Assembly: GCF_001194135.2 (NCBI RefSeq)
Contig: NC_068982.1
Span: forward strand, 115,025,548 to 115,089,547
Reading direction: 5' to 3'
DNA length: 64,000 nucleotides
Source of the DNA: Octopus bimaculoides
Lineage: Eukaryota
Part shown: one piece after another, positions 23,250 through 35,449 of the stretch
How positions within the stretch are numbered: position 1 is the stretch's first letter
Layout of the letters: each line of letters begins with the position of its first letter
Notes under the pieces: model-generated
The model's input: the letters and a program-made list of their open reading frames with translations, nothing else
Database searches by the model: none
What the model was told of the DNA's origin: nothing
Made by a program: the position numbers and the translations under genes

Positions 23250-23838
23250 CTGTGAGTAAACAAACAAGTTCTTCTCAGTGTTCCGCTATTATTAGTTTGA
23301 AAAATCAATGGGAGTTGTTTTATCAATAAAGTAACATGAACAGCACCAACATTATACCACAAGAACAACATCAACACTACACCTGATTACACAAGAGTAA
23401 TGATGAAGCCTCTATATAGTCACTCATTCTGCTAGAAATAGCAGCCAAATCTCCTTCAAGTTAAACATTAATGTCTTTAAGAAAGGACACAATGGATAAT
23501 GATGACATAAATACTCCTAAATGTTGTTGATGTCCAGCATGAACATCTATAGATAAAATGTGTGGTGGGGTAGGCTCAAAGGGTTGAGTACAATACTAAC
23601 ATTACACTAATGAGAACACCACTAATATTACACTTTTGAGAACAAAACCTCGATAAGGACACAGCTAACATTATAAATCAATAAAAAATCTCTACGTGAT
23701 CAATTGGTCTGCTAGAAATTGCAGTCAGATCCATCTCAAAATCTGAGTTATTTCTCTTAACTCATTTTTATTTACGTATGTAACAGTTAAGTTTTTAGTT
23801 GAAGTCGAGGGTCACCAATTGTAATGATAAAAATTCAT

Positions 23839-24400
23839 TGTTATAACGGCAAGTTGTAAGATGTGAAAGATGGACAATGCATGAAGTTTTAAGAAAATAT
23901 TTATTTACCGTTTCATTGAAAAATACCTTACCTCGACAGGTAGGTTATAACATCCGAGAGCATGCGAAAGAAAGTTAGATGTGGTAGAATTTTTCTTTGT
24001 ATAATTTTGTGTACACGTTGTTAGTAGTAATCCACAGATAGTGATAGAATGATGTTGTAAGAGAACAGAATTAGAGCTAGTGAGAGTGTGTAGGGCTAGT
24101 GAGAGAGTGTAGAGCTAGTGAGAGTGTTGTCTCACAGTTGCTGATAGTAAATTTCATTTCTCTCACTGACTATTGTCTTTAGTAGCTGCCTTCCTTGTGA
24201 TCATGATTCTAGCAGTCCATTCCCTAACTAATTGAGTTGTCACGAGCCGCCTCGCTCCGTCGTCACCAAGTGACTGCTTGGGTTTTGCTTGGGAGTTCTT
24301 GCTTTTATAACTATCCTGAAGGATAGCCATATCATTGAGAACAATGGGCTTCATTAGTGGTACTGTGATATCACTATTCTAGCTTTTGCTGAAGTGGAAG
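23839..24400 (-). mobile_element. LTR-like segment in RSPH9 intron 1
   Basis: Minus strand has TATAAAA, AATAAA and a ..TTATAACA end, plus three ~19-bp repeats. The other end and a TSD were not found. Confidence 0.35.
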
Positions 24401-24406
24401 AGGTTA

Positions 24407-25332
24407 TAAGGGTCAAGTGGTGAAGACATTATTTCGGCCTAACTAAAGGCAATTTGGCAAATGTAAAACTGCTGTCGGAGAAAAACCATTGCCCCCCCGC
24501 CGTGAGAAAAGTTCTGTTGAACTGTTAATTTAAATTTGGCTAAGGTGGATCGAATCCACTTCATGCCTGTCCCAGCATTCCTGCCACATTTGGAATCCAG
24601 CCTTGAAGTTGTTTTCCGTAAGCAAGTCAAGGACTTTCTGCAATTCACTCTGGATCTCAACAACCTTCGAACTACATTTTCATCTTGGGGAAGAGATAGG
24701 AGTCCACAGGTGCTAAATCTAGCAAATAGGGTGGGTGCAGACATGATACCATGTTGTTTTTAGCAAGGAAATCATGAGGGGAGCTTGATGAAGAATCCAA
24801 TTCTTCATGCTCCACAGATCCAGTCACTTTCACCAAATGTCCTCCCTCAAACAATTCAAAATGTCAGTAGAACTCTCGATTGATAATCTGGTCCTGAGGG
24901 ACAAATTCTCAATCCACAATACCATATTTCCGAGTGTAACACTCATGGCAGGTCTTCCAGATTGCTCATCATCTTCCAGGGATGCTCCTCCACCTTTGAA
25001 GCACCCATGCCATTTGAAACATTGTGTATGACTCATTGCCTTGTCGCCATAAGCTTGCTGAAACATGCTCAATGTCACTGTAGCAGACTTTCCAAGTTTA
25101 ACACAAAATTTCACATTGGCTCTTTGTTCCAACTTCTTGTCCACAACAAAATCACAGACTGCAGTATACATGTGATCATAAAAGCACGAATTTCACAACT
25201 TGCAAAGTAAACACAGTGATGTCACTCAGCACACTACATCATGCAGGTCACTGCCAGCTCTCAATGTCCAAGCAACCATGTGCTGCCATCTGTTGGCTTA
25301 CTACAGAACTAATTAGGGGAACTTTTGATACC
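24407..25332 (-). mobile_element. Internally deleted mariner element in RSPH9 intron 1
   Basis: EQRANVKFCVKLGKSAT..AYGD..WHGCFKGG..LEDDEQSGRP HTH and a HPPYLLDLAPVDSYLFPKMK (YSPDLAP-like) remnant. Confidence 0.85.
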
Positions 25333-26520
25333 ATTGATACATTGGTGTCTAGAGGGTAACTGATTTCCACAACAGAACATACATTTCCTTGTGGTCCCAC
25401 ACAACATGTTTCAACTTGGTGGTTGTTTTAATTTTTAAGTTCTACCAATATTCTTTTGACCCATCGGTCTCAATATAGTTAACTTTGGAGGTGTTTTCTC
25501 TTTCGCTATCCTGTTCCAGACCATTATGGCCACCACATCATGTCACATGGAAAGATAATATCTAGAAGACATCCTCTCGCAGTTAGCAATAACGCAGTTT
25601 CTGTCTTCTTTCAGTCAGTCAGTCAGTATGTATGGATGGCTGGATGTTCTCTTTTGAATAGAAAGAAGTTCGAATTTTTTTCTCTCAGGAAATCTATGGA
25701 TAAATTTATTTTGAGGGTATAGTCTATTCTAATTGGTCTATTAGTGATACTCATTTTATAAACCCTAGAGTGATGAAATACTAAGTTTGTTCCAGAATCT
25801 CGGGCAGAGCTAGATGCTATAAACTCACATAGGTAAGCAATATTGGTTGCCCTAGGTCGAGTCGGTCTATAAAATATCCTCTTTATTGAAGATAGAACAT
25901 AGTGTGGTGGTGATGGCTCTTTTCGTTGCCTGTTATGTTTAACCCTATAAATATCCACGCCCTATTTTTTTTTTTATGACTGTAGGGTTTGGACAGAGTT
26001 TTGACCACCAGTTGTAAATTTTTTTTTTTTTTGTACTTTCAGAAATTAAAAAAAAGAAATAAGTGGAAATTTTACCGGTGAGTGTGTTAAATTATAAGGC
26101 ACCAAAAACGGAATTTTCAGAAATGTTTTTGGAATTTGTGTTCTACTAACTCTATCTCGTACTAATAAGTTAACAAAACAAAACAAAAAAAGAAAAAAGA
26201 GAGATTTAGTAGTTGTTATTGTTTATCCCTTAGTCAATCTTCATCAAACCATCCTATAAGTAAAAGTATTCCAGCTGTCACCATTCTGTTATTTTTAATA
26301 TAAGGGCCTACATTTTTCTCGAGAAAATTCATAAATCCATATAGGTGAGCTCCTTAAAATGGCATGGGTATAGTTGATTACAATCGTATAAGTTATGACT
26401 TGGGTGAATTTGGCTACAATTTCTAGCAAGTCAAGAGACCATCAAGAGGTCCCTTCATTGGTTCGTATTGTATTGTACAAAAATAAACGCCTAGGATCTA
26501 GTCTGTTATTATGTCATTAA

Positions 26521-26750
26521 GGCGGCGAGCTGGCAGAAACGTTAGCACGCCGGGCGAAATGCTTAGTAGTATTTCGTCTACTGCTACGTTCTGAGTTCAA
26601 ATTCCGTCGAGGTCGGTTTTGCCTTTCATCCTTTCGGGGTCGATAAATTAAGTACCAATTACGCACCGGGGTTGATGTAATCGACTTAATCTCTTTGTCC
26701 TTGTTCGTCCCCTCTATGTTTGGCCCCTTGTGGGCAATAAAGAAATAAGA
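26521..26750 (+). mobile_element. tRNA-like SINE, family A (near full length)
   Basis: GGCGGCGAGCTGGCAGAA head, GAGTTCAAATTCC B-box, A-rich tail. Relatives near 465-612(-), 20720-20930(+), 26751-26920(+), 49430-49590(-), 49680-49880(-). Confidence 0.85.
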
Positions 26751-27109
26751 ACCATTAGCACGCCGAACAAAATGCTTAGCGACATTTCGTCCATCTCTAT
26801 GTCCTGAGTTCAAATTCCACCGAGTTCGACTTTGTCTTTCATCCTTTCCTGATCGATGGAATAAGTTCCAGTGAAGTACTGGAGTTGATGGAACTGACTT
26901 CTCCCTTCCCCCTTAAAACTGCTAATCTTATGTCAATATTTGTAACCATTATTATTTATATCATTATTTGCTTTTTTTCTCTTTATCCTAAACACGTTTT
27001 CTTAACACTTTTGGACTTATGTATGTCACTTGTATATGCAACAAAATTTTTTTTTAATTATCATTTAGACATCTGTTAATCATGAAATATTTAGAATACA
27101 GGAACTTAC

Positions 27110-27342
27110 CAATAAAAATATTTCTTGAGCGGAGAAAATTCATCCTGAGAAACTCCTTGAGCGATAAAATAAGCTTTGCCTCGGAGTGTTTTAATTTTAC
27201 CCCAAAAATAGACTTTGTGAAATTTATTCTCATACTTCAAAATAGTCAACGAAGACTGTAGAGAAGATTTTTGTTCAGGACTCAGTATAATTCCAGAGCT
27301 AGCAAAAAAATTTATATCCAGTATTAGGTTTTCTGAATCCAT
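27110..27342 (-). CDS. RSPH9: Radial spoke head protein 9, exon 1
   Basis: MDSENLILDINFFASSGIILSPEQKSSLQSSLTILKYENKFHKVYFWGKI..AYFIAQG..KKYFY matches the RSPH9 N-terminus. Donor TG|GTAAGT, phase 2. Confidence 0.95.
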
Positions 27343-27385
27343 TATTGACGAATAACCTGTACGATTGCTGAACTGAGAACACGCT

Positions 27386-27500
27386 GTTGCTAGGGAAGCC
27401 TGCGCATGTCCATATCATTATTTGATAAATTCGTTTGCTCTGTGTGATTGTTTGTTTTTTAAGAACACCCGGTTGCTATGGAGCCCGCGCATGCCCATAA
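27386..27500. promoter_or_regulatory. RSPH9 proximal promoter: two RFX X-box-like sites, each followed by an NRF1-like YGCGCATG
   Basis: GTTGCTAGGGAAGC (27386-27399) plus TGCGCATG (27401-27408); GTTGCTATGGAGCC (27472-27485) plus CGCGCATG (27486-27493). They lie 45-150 bp upstream of the ATG of a motile-cilia gene. Confidence 0.7.
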
Positions 27501-29109
27501 ACTCTCTTACGCTGTTATAGTTATTTGTATGTAGACTCGGGTTGTTTTTGTTTATTTTCCTGATTAAAACTTTTTATCTTTTTACAGTTATTGATACGAT
27601 TATCAATTTTAGTTTTTCTTCACTACATATTTTATTTCTAGTTAACTTTTTTTATGCTCCCTGCATCAAATATATTAACACTTAACTATCATTCGTTTGG
27701 AATTAGTCAACATACTATTACTTTCGTCGAAATTCACTTCAAATTATGAGCAACCTACTAACGAATCTGGTTAAATATTTTATGGGAACGATAAAAGTTG
27801 AAGACGACTTTGACAAAATTTGAAACCAGAGTATCATAAAGATATGAAAATTTTGTTGCTGTTATCAAAGAAACCGAGGTTTCGTGTCAGTCTGTCTGCC
27901 TATCTGTCTGTCTATGTGCGTATGTATGTATGTATGTATGCATGTAGGTAGGTATGTCTGAGTGTGTTTTTTTATGTACGTATGTATAGTCCTAGAGCGC
28001 ACAATGTTCCTAATGGTCGGCGTAGGGGAAGAATAAGTATACAAAAACCCAAACCCTAACTCTAAACACCGGGTGTACGTATTCTTTACTTTCGCCGCGA
28101 TGGTCTTCCTCGGTCACAAGTGGACGGCCATCATGTATATATGTATTTAATANNNNNNNNNNNNNNNNNNNNNNNNNNNNNNNNNNNNNNNNNNNNNNNN
28201 NNNNNNNNNNNNNNNNNNNNNNNNNNNNNNNNNNNNNNNNNNNNNNNNNNNNNNNNNNNNNNNNNNNNNNNNNNNNNNNNNNNNNNNNNNNNNNNNNNNN
28301 NNNNNNNNNNNNNNNNNNNNNNNNNNNNNNNNNNNNNNNNNNNNNNNNNNNNNNNNNNNNNNNNNNNNNNNNNNNNNNNNNNNNNNNNNNNNNNNNNNNN
28401 NNNNNNNNNNNNNNNNNNNNNNNNNNNNNNNNNNNNNNNNNNNNNNNNNNNNNNNNNNNNNNNNNNNNNNNNNNNNNNNNNNNNNNNNNNNNNNNNNNNN
28501 NNNNNNNNNNNNNNNNNNNNNNNNNNNNNNNNNNNNNNNNNNNNNNNNNNNNNNNNNNNNNNNNNNNNNNNNNNNNNNNNNNNNNNNNNNNNNNNNNNNN
28601 NNNNNNNNNNNNNNNNNNNNNGAATCTCCATAGCCTAAAACGTGGGATTCCGTAAAAAAAATTAATAAATAAGGGGGGGGGAGGTTCAGATTACATATAG
28701 TCCATTTCTACCAAAAAGACAGAATGAAACGTTGGACCTTACCTTGTCGACCGCAGCAGAGTACACGATCGCTCCTGATCAGAACACGTCTTTCTCGTAA
28801 CCTCTCTGTTTTCTGACTGCCCCGACGTGCTAGCCTTCGACCGCGTGTCGCCGACTTCCGATCTGGCCCTTCCGGTCTGGCTTCACCTCTGTTTGCCTCA
28901 CCTCTCTCCACCACAACACACAGCTCATCACAGCCCATAACACCACAAAAGGAATAATCGATTATCATATGAACTTCATTAGCTTACAGCTGTTTCTGCT
29001 AAAAGATGCAGTGTACTCATAGTTGAGTACCTGAATAACACCTTATAGCTTCATCGGAACCTCGAATATGAAGTGCAATTTATTTGGGAAAAGAATTGAA
29101 TTTCTCTCA

Positions 29110-30525
29110 AATATTAAACCAACTGAGGGACCAGCCATCAGAATTGACAGCAGTATAATAGATAAGACAATTAAGAATATGAAGACAAGGAAAGCCCCTG
29201 GACTATCAGGAATCACTGCCGAGATGATTAAAATATCAGCCTACTCATTCGTATAGTTAATCAGGTTATTCAAGAAGGTGACTGGTATAGTCGTGTTATA
29301 TATATAGTTGGCTGCTACAGCAGTAAAGGTAATGCCTTAGACAGAAACAACTACAGAAGTATCAAATTGCTGGACCAGGTCATGAAAGTTACAGAGAGAG
29401 TTATAGCTCAATTGATTTGGAATAGATTTAGGCTAGATGAGATGCAGTTTGGTCTCTTGCCTGGGAAGAGTACCACTGATGCCATTTTCGCTGCAGCAAA
29501 AGTACTTGGCCAAAAGTAAGCCATTTTACTTGGCTTTTGCTGACCCGGAGAAAGTTTTTGACAGAATCCCTCACTCTGTTTTCTGTTATCTAAGGAAGTT
29601 AGGAGTAGAGGACTGGCTTGTTAGAGCCGTACAAGCCACGTGCAGTGGTGCTGTCAATAGGTTGAGAGTCGGTCATGAATATAATGATGAATTTAGCATA
29701 CAAGTACCCAGGGCTCAGTTCTCAGTCCATTCTTATTTATCATAGTCTTCCAGGCCATAACAGAGGAATTCAAAACTGGATGCCCATGGGAACTTCTATA
29801 TGCTGATGATATCACTCTTACTGCAGAATCTGTAGCAGAAGTGGAGAAGAAATTTCAGGTATGGAAGCAAAAACCAGATAAAGTAGTCTTTGTGTGTGGT
29901 AGATGTGCAAGAACAATAAACACGAAGCGCACACAGGACTTAGACTCTCTCAAATGCCAGGAGGCTCCCTTGAGGTTGTTACCTAGATGACCAAATTGGC
30001 AATGGTGGAGGATGCTCCGAAAGTACTGTTTCTAGAATAAAAATAGTATGGAGGAAGTTCAGAGAGCTATTATCTCTGTCGGCAACAAAAGGACTCTCTC
30101 TTAGAGTGAAAAGTAAACTGTATGATGATTGAGTGCAAACAGCTATACTCCATGGTAGTGAGACATGGACTCTGAATGCAGAATACATGCATAGACTGGA
30201 GAGAAATGAAGGTAGTATGGTCTGTTGGATGTACAACATCAGTGTGCACGTACAACAAAGTGCAAATGTATTGAGAGAAAAGATACAGCATGCAAGAGAG
30301 AAGACTATGTTGGTTTGAACATGTGATGCGTATGAATGAAGACAGCTGTATAAAGAAGTGTTGATCACTGAAAGTGAATGGCACTTGTGGAAGATGGAGT
30401 CCCAGGAAGACATGGGATGAAGTGGTGAGGACCGATCTGAGGATGTTGGGCTCATGGAGGAGATGACAATGGACTGAGATGTCTGACAATATGAGGTTCT
30501 TGAAAAAACCCACCCACTTCAGTGA
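29110..30525 (+). mobile_element. RTE LINE ORF2 fragment (RT to C-terminus), heavily disrupted
   Basis: KAPGLSGITAEMIK, CPWELLYADD, LPLLSLSATKGLSLRVK, PRKTWDEVVR. Confidence 0.9.
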
Positions 30526-30770
30526 AACTGAGTTCTAGAAGTGCCCACATGTAACAACAATAAAAATTTTCACACACCCTCCCCTAACAAAACAAAATAC
30601 ATCTCTTCTCTTCCTCACATTTTCTCGTTTTCATGTACTATGCTATTTTGTTCTCACTGCCCTGCTCACTGTATCATTGCTATTCTATTGTCCTCCATCC
30701 CCTCTATATACCTAGGTTTCCCCATTTTCGATAAACTTTAATTTTTGAAATGCGGGCAGCCAAACCAACT

Positions 30771-30947
30771 ATTTAATCTGTAATGTGTTGTTTATCACAT
30801 TAAATGCATATTGAATGCTTAAAATTACAAAAGATATGTTGTTTGGGTCAACAAAATGATTGTTTTTTAAAAATATTTAATTTGTAATGTGCTGTTTATC
30901 GCATTAAATGCATATTGAATGCTTAAAATTACAAAAGACGTGTTGTT
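30771..30947 (+). repeat. 73-bp direct repeat, period 104
   Basis: 30771-30843 vs 30875-30947, about 5 substitutions. Confidence 0.9.
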
Positions 30948-32177
30948 AATTCGTTTTCCGCGTGTAAAATACAAATATTGACAACACAGGCTATTTTCAG
31001 AATGTTGACATAGCCATGCAGAAAATGACTGCTTCCAAATCCTGTTTCCTAACTGGGTGAAAAATGATCAAACTTTAAACCTCTGTAACTTTAAAAGCTT
31101 TTTCAGGAAAAAGTGAAATAGCTCCAGCAATTCAGCTTGGAAAAGTACATTAATGTACCAAATTTTCAAATTTTCAATAAAATCTTGGCAGCCAAACATT
31201 AAAAGATCCTAAGCAAGAATTTCAATTGCTGAAGAAGTTTATAAACAATTAAAATGAAATTACCAAAGATCGCGAAACAAGCTCCGTTCGATTTATAACC
31301 AGCTTGACTTCTTAAGCTGCTGCCTCAATTATCTTAATAAGGATTATCACTATCTTTTTAATTATCATTAGGGACATAATTTTAATTTAACGTTATTTTC
31401 TTTTTCTTTTTTTTTTTTCCTTTACGCTTTCTAAATTATTTCATCCCCTCTTAACTCTAAATTTTATTTAACTATAGTAAATTGAGTAGCATAAGTAGAA
31501 GTAAAATTGTGCACACAATAACCTATGTTTTGTCACGGGGAGCTTCTTTGACAGAAGATTGAGTGGTGGGTCTCATTTCTGTCATTTCACATTTATATGG
31601 TAGACCACAACTACATTTACTATATTCAACTATAAATCATTAACAGTAAATTCTACCCTACAGCATTTCTGTGTTCAAATCTCATTCGCTTCAGTAAAAT
31701 TAAAAGAAATCTAGTAAGACCGAAGCACGTTTGTTACTATGACCAGTTAACTTTAACAATCCACCCCCATATGCATCATCTATGTATGTGTTTCAAAATT
31801 TTCGATTAGCTAATCTTATTGGACTTATTTTCCTTGCATATTGTTTATAGATTTGAAACATTATGAGAGGGAGTTTTTGTCCAGTAATTGCTTTAATAAT
31901 CAAATTCTTTTCAACTCATGATCTTACATATTTAGGACCTTACTCTATGTATTTAGTAAGTAAAACGCTGCTTTGGGGTACTTTTCCTCAGCCATATTAT
32001 CTGTATCTTTTATGTTTTACTTGTTTCGGTCATTAGATTGCAGCTATGCTGGGGCACTGCCTTGAAGAGTTTAGTGGAACAAATCAACCTTAATATTTAT
32101 TTTTTAAGCCTGGTACTTATTCTATCGATCTTATTCTATCGATCCCTTTTGACAAACGCCAGCTTCTAGCAGTGATG

Positions 32178-32237
<60 letters not shown>

Positions 32238-32300
32238 GACGACCTTCTTCCAGTTTCCATCTACTACATCAACTCACAAGGCTTTGGTTGGCCTGAGACT

Positions 32301-32714
32301 GGGATCTTTTCCTTTTGGCCGGCATATAGAAAAAATATTTTTTTGTAACTAAACACTTTCAAATTTCGTATACTGGTAGAATGTGTCATTTAAAACATCA
32401 TTTACTCTTGGCGTTTTTAAGAAAATTCATTCTTTTCGGAGTTATTTCATGCTAAAGTTATCGTATTTCGGTAATTTCAACCAATCAATGACGTCTATTT
32501 AGGTGAAAACAATTACTGCTGTGGTTTGTCAGCAACACGTTCTGGTGGTGTAATGGGATCTTTTCCCTTGAATAAAATTACTGCCATTGTTTGTCAACAA
32601 CAACTATCGGCAGTACTGTTATTTATGGCATCGTTCGTGCGTTTGTACTGGTTTTAGCTTTATGGTTTTAGGGTTAGGGTTCGGGTTTTAGAGTTAGGGT
32701 TAGGGTTATTTTTT
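32301..32714. mobile_element. Second copy (inverted) of the telomere-repeat-carrying element
   Basis: Colinear with the reverse complement of ~50-460. Ends in TTAGGG repeats. A second GGGATCTTTTCC start lies internally at 32555. Confidence 0.75.
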
Positions 32715-32749
32715 CAATTGTTCATACAACTGTTTTGCCATAGTTCATT

Positions 32750-33182
32750 CTTCTCTGTACACTACTAGTACACTACTATTAATCGACCATTTCCAGTCTA
32801 AGAGGGGGCCTCTGTAGGCGCATTACCCCACTTGAAAACGGGTAACCAAGCTGGCTATACAGAGATAGAGGGCGTTACACAACATTAAGGTTCAGACACG
32901 TGACCTTATCTCTTTCCGCACTGGGACCTCGAACTGTAAAGATGTGACCTAGCCTCTCTCAACACCCACCAGCTAGCAGATAGGAGCATGGCACAGAAGA
33001 CCATCGCCTTTACACACCAACCGTTCTATTTATTATTCCATTGTGTATATACGTGTGGCCACAATAAACGTGTTTAAGTTACAACCTCGCTTGTATATGT
33101 TTTTCATCCAGGTTTACTACCAGCAAAATTACAGCCTTCTGAGAGTCATATAGGTGGCTCATATCGACCTGCACCATCTAAA
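32750..33182 (+). mobile_element. 3' LTR (32813-33182) with polypurine tract, same family as 12000-12399
   Basis: Shared TGTAGGCGCA start, GACCTAGC, CAGCTAGCAGAT, ACAGCCTTC and CCATCTAAA end. AAGAGGGGG just upstream. No matching TSD. Confidence 0.7.
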
Positions 33183-33659
33183 GATCTATCCACGACAAAA
33201 TCAACCTCAAGATATATGTTAGAGTCAACTACCAATACTTGTCCTCACATCACTTGCTTTCGGTACCGTTTTCTTCGACTGAATCATCGCAACGTTCAGC
33301 GACATCTGTTCGGCAGTTAGGGTGAATGGTCGCCTATCGGAACCTTTCCGTATTATAAACTCAGTCCATCAAAGTTGTCCCTTCTTGTTTCTTCCGTATA
33401 CAATGGCTCTTGCAGAAACCAGAGACACTGAAGGAGAATGTCACACGAACTAGGATGCGAAAGATTCGTGACAACATGAGTTGACGATGTCACTGTCATA
33501 GTGTCGGATACCAGGCGCATCAAAGTGATCAGTACTGCAAAACTCAAGAAAGAAAATTAATAGTTCTGCAGTTCGGCACCTGAAGAGGTACGTGCATGCC
33601 GTCCTACAACGTCGTAGGACTCCGGACGGATGGCGTGGTTAAATTTCTCGAGATCTGAT

Positions 33660-34660
33660 TTGGTCTAGATCTCCAAGTGGAGAGAAACTGGGACGAGCAG
33701 GTTGGTCAGTCCCACTCAGAAGTGGGTCCAAAGAAAGCTATCCCTGAAAGTCGGCTGGAGGTAGCGAATGCTTACATCGCTTCTGTGATGTATTATGTCC
33801 ACACCATCGTACCTTGCCTCATTTTACACCCGACCGGGCTGGAGCACCTGCTGTTCCACTTTCTATGGAAGGAGCATGTTCCACTGGTCAGGGGCTCCAA
33901 TTGCCATCAACACCTGTTGAGTGGGGGACTGGGCATGCTGTGGCTGATGATGCGCAGACATGCGCTGAGGCTGCGACATATCCAACAATTCTTGACGGTG
34001 AATAGGTGCGGTCACCGTTTGTCAAATGAGTCTTTCCACAGTTCATCTCTTTGATAGAGCTACAGTTCTGGGTCAAGCAAAAACCGAGGTAGGGCGCTTG
34101 GTTTCTGGAATGATGTCATGAGCTCACAGCCCTCTACCAGTCAGACAATGCGGTCGGTGGAAGCTCCACACTGGCATTTAAAAATGGGTTAGTGAAGAAT
34201 AAAAGTGACAACGCCCTCTGGGAAACTCTGTGAGTCGATGAAGACCAACTGGCTGGTCTGCTCCGGAAAATTTTTGAGCCAGTGCCCAGGCATATTTACC
34301 TGAAACCCCTATCAGGCTGAAAATAAATTCTACAGGCACAAAAGTGCCGTCAGCTGAGCCTGACCACGATTCGCTCTGAGCGACGAAACTGTTCTGCATG
34401 CATTCACCCAGTGCCCGAGTATTGCTGACTTAGTTATATCAAACACCTGCTGTCACGAGTAGGACGGTTTGGGCTGTCAGTTGAGTCCATCATGAAGATC
34501 CACCCGCTGCTTTCCTTTGGCCGAGGACAGTCAGTGTTTATCAGTCAGATGGCTATAGCAAAAGAGGTTGCGTGGTTGACCAGCTTAAAAAGACTAAAGA
34601 CATGTTCCTCTTTGGCCAAACCCCCACCATCAAGTTTTACTTAAAAAGGAAAGTGAGAAA
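33660..34660 (+). mobile_element. Tx1/L1-clade LINE 3' fragment
   Basis: RLEVANAYIASVMYY..LEHLLFHFLWK..GGLGMLWLMMRRHALRLRH, then an ETVLHAFTQCP knuckle. Confidence 0.8.
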
Positions 34661-35387
34661 AAGAAATGCTATCCGCAAGTAAATTTGTTGAAAGGTGGTA
34701 GTGGTGGTGGGGGGGGGCGGAGAATAGCGAGCTTAGTCTGAATGAACAACATGCGCCTATTGAGAATGACATGTACTGTCCGCAATATTTTTATCAACTC
34801 TTAGGAGTTAATGAAGACAACTTTATTATTATTATTATTATTATTAAAATAAAAAAAGAGGAGTATGAATTTTATTCAAATAATCCATTTCAAAACTGAA
34901 TATTTGTCACCCTTAGATTTTCCAAGGGCACCCACGAGTAAGGTTTGTAACATAACAGCTGTTATAGTGATTGTTTAAACCTAAGAGAAGTCTTCCGATC
35001 AAAGACATTCTAACAATGACTCACCCTATCTTTATTCTAGGCTACACTTTCCATCTTTTCCAAAGTCTTGGTTCTTTTAGATGACATCATGTCTTTTGAA
35101 GGTGATTTAGCTGCTATTTTTAGCAGGTTGACTGATCAAGTGGATATGTTCTCATTCATGTTATCGTTCATTTACAGCTGTAGCATAATAATCTAAAAAA
35201 TAATTATCTCATAAACAAAACTTTTTATCAAAAATGATCTTTATTTAAAGCATTCAAAAGGGAAAAATCACATAAATTTATTTTAAAATATTTATAAAAC
35301 TTAAAGTTTCACTATTTAACAGTTCCGTTTTAATTAACGATAGTAAAAGCGGACAAGGACACGACTTGATTTACGGCAGTCTCGATC

Positions 35388-35449
35388 ATGGCTGCTAAGC
35401 ATGCTTATTTGTTAGCTACGAAATTTCATCCTTCCAGATCACTTTTTAG
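35388..35449 (+). CDS. PMPCA: Mitochondrial processing peptidase alpha, exon 1 (presequence)
   Basis: atcATGG start. MAAKHAYLLATKFHPSRSLF has no acidic residues. Donor AG|GTGAGA is phase 2 and joins exon 2 as ..SLFR-AFSS, a presequence-like join. Confidence 0.8.

Noticed and set aside
26521-26620. tRNA genes at SINE heads
   Set aside because: A/B-box-like motifs are present but there is no cloverleaf, and they run into SINE bodies.
33581-33640. Hammerhead at CTGAAGA with a GTCCTAC/GTAGGAC hairpin
   Set aside because: No correctly placed GAAA, stem III or cleavage triplet.
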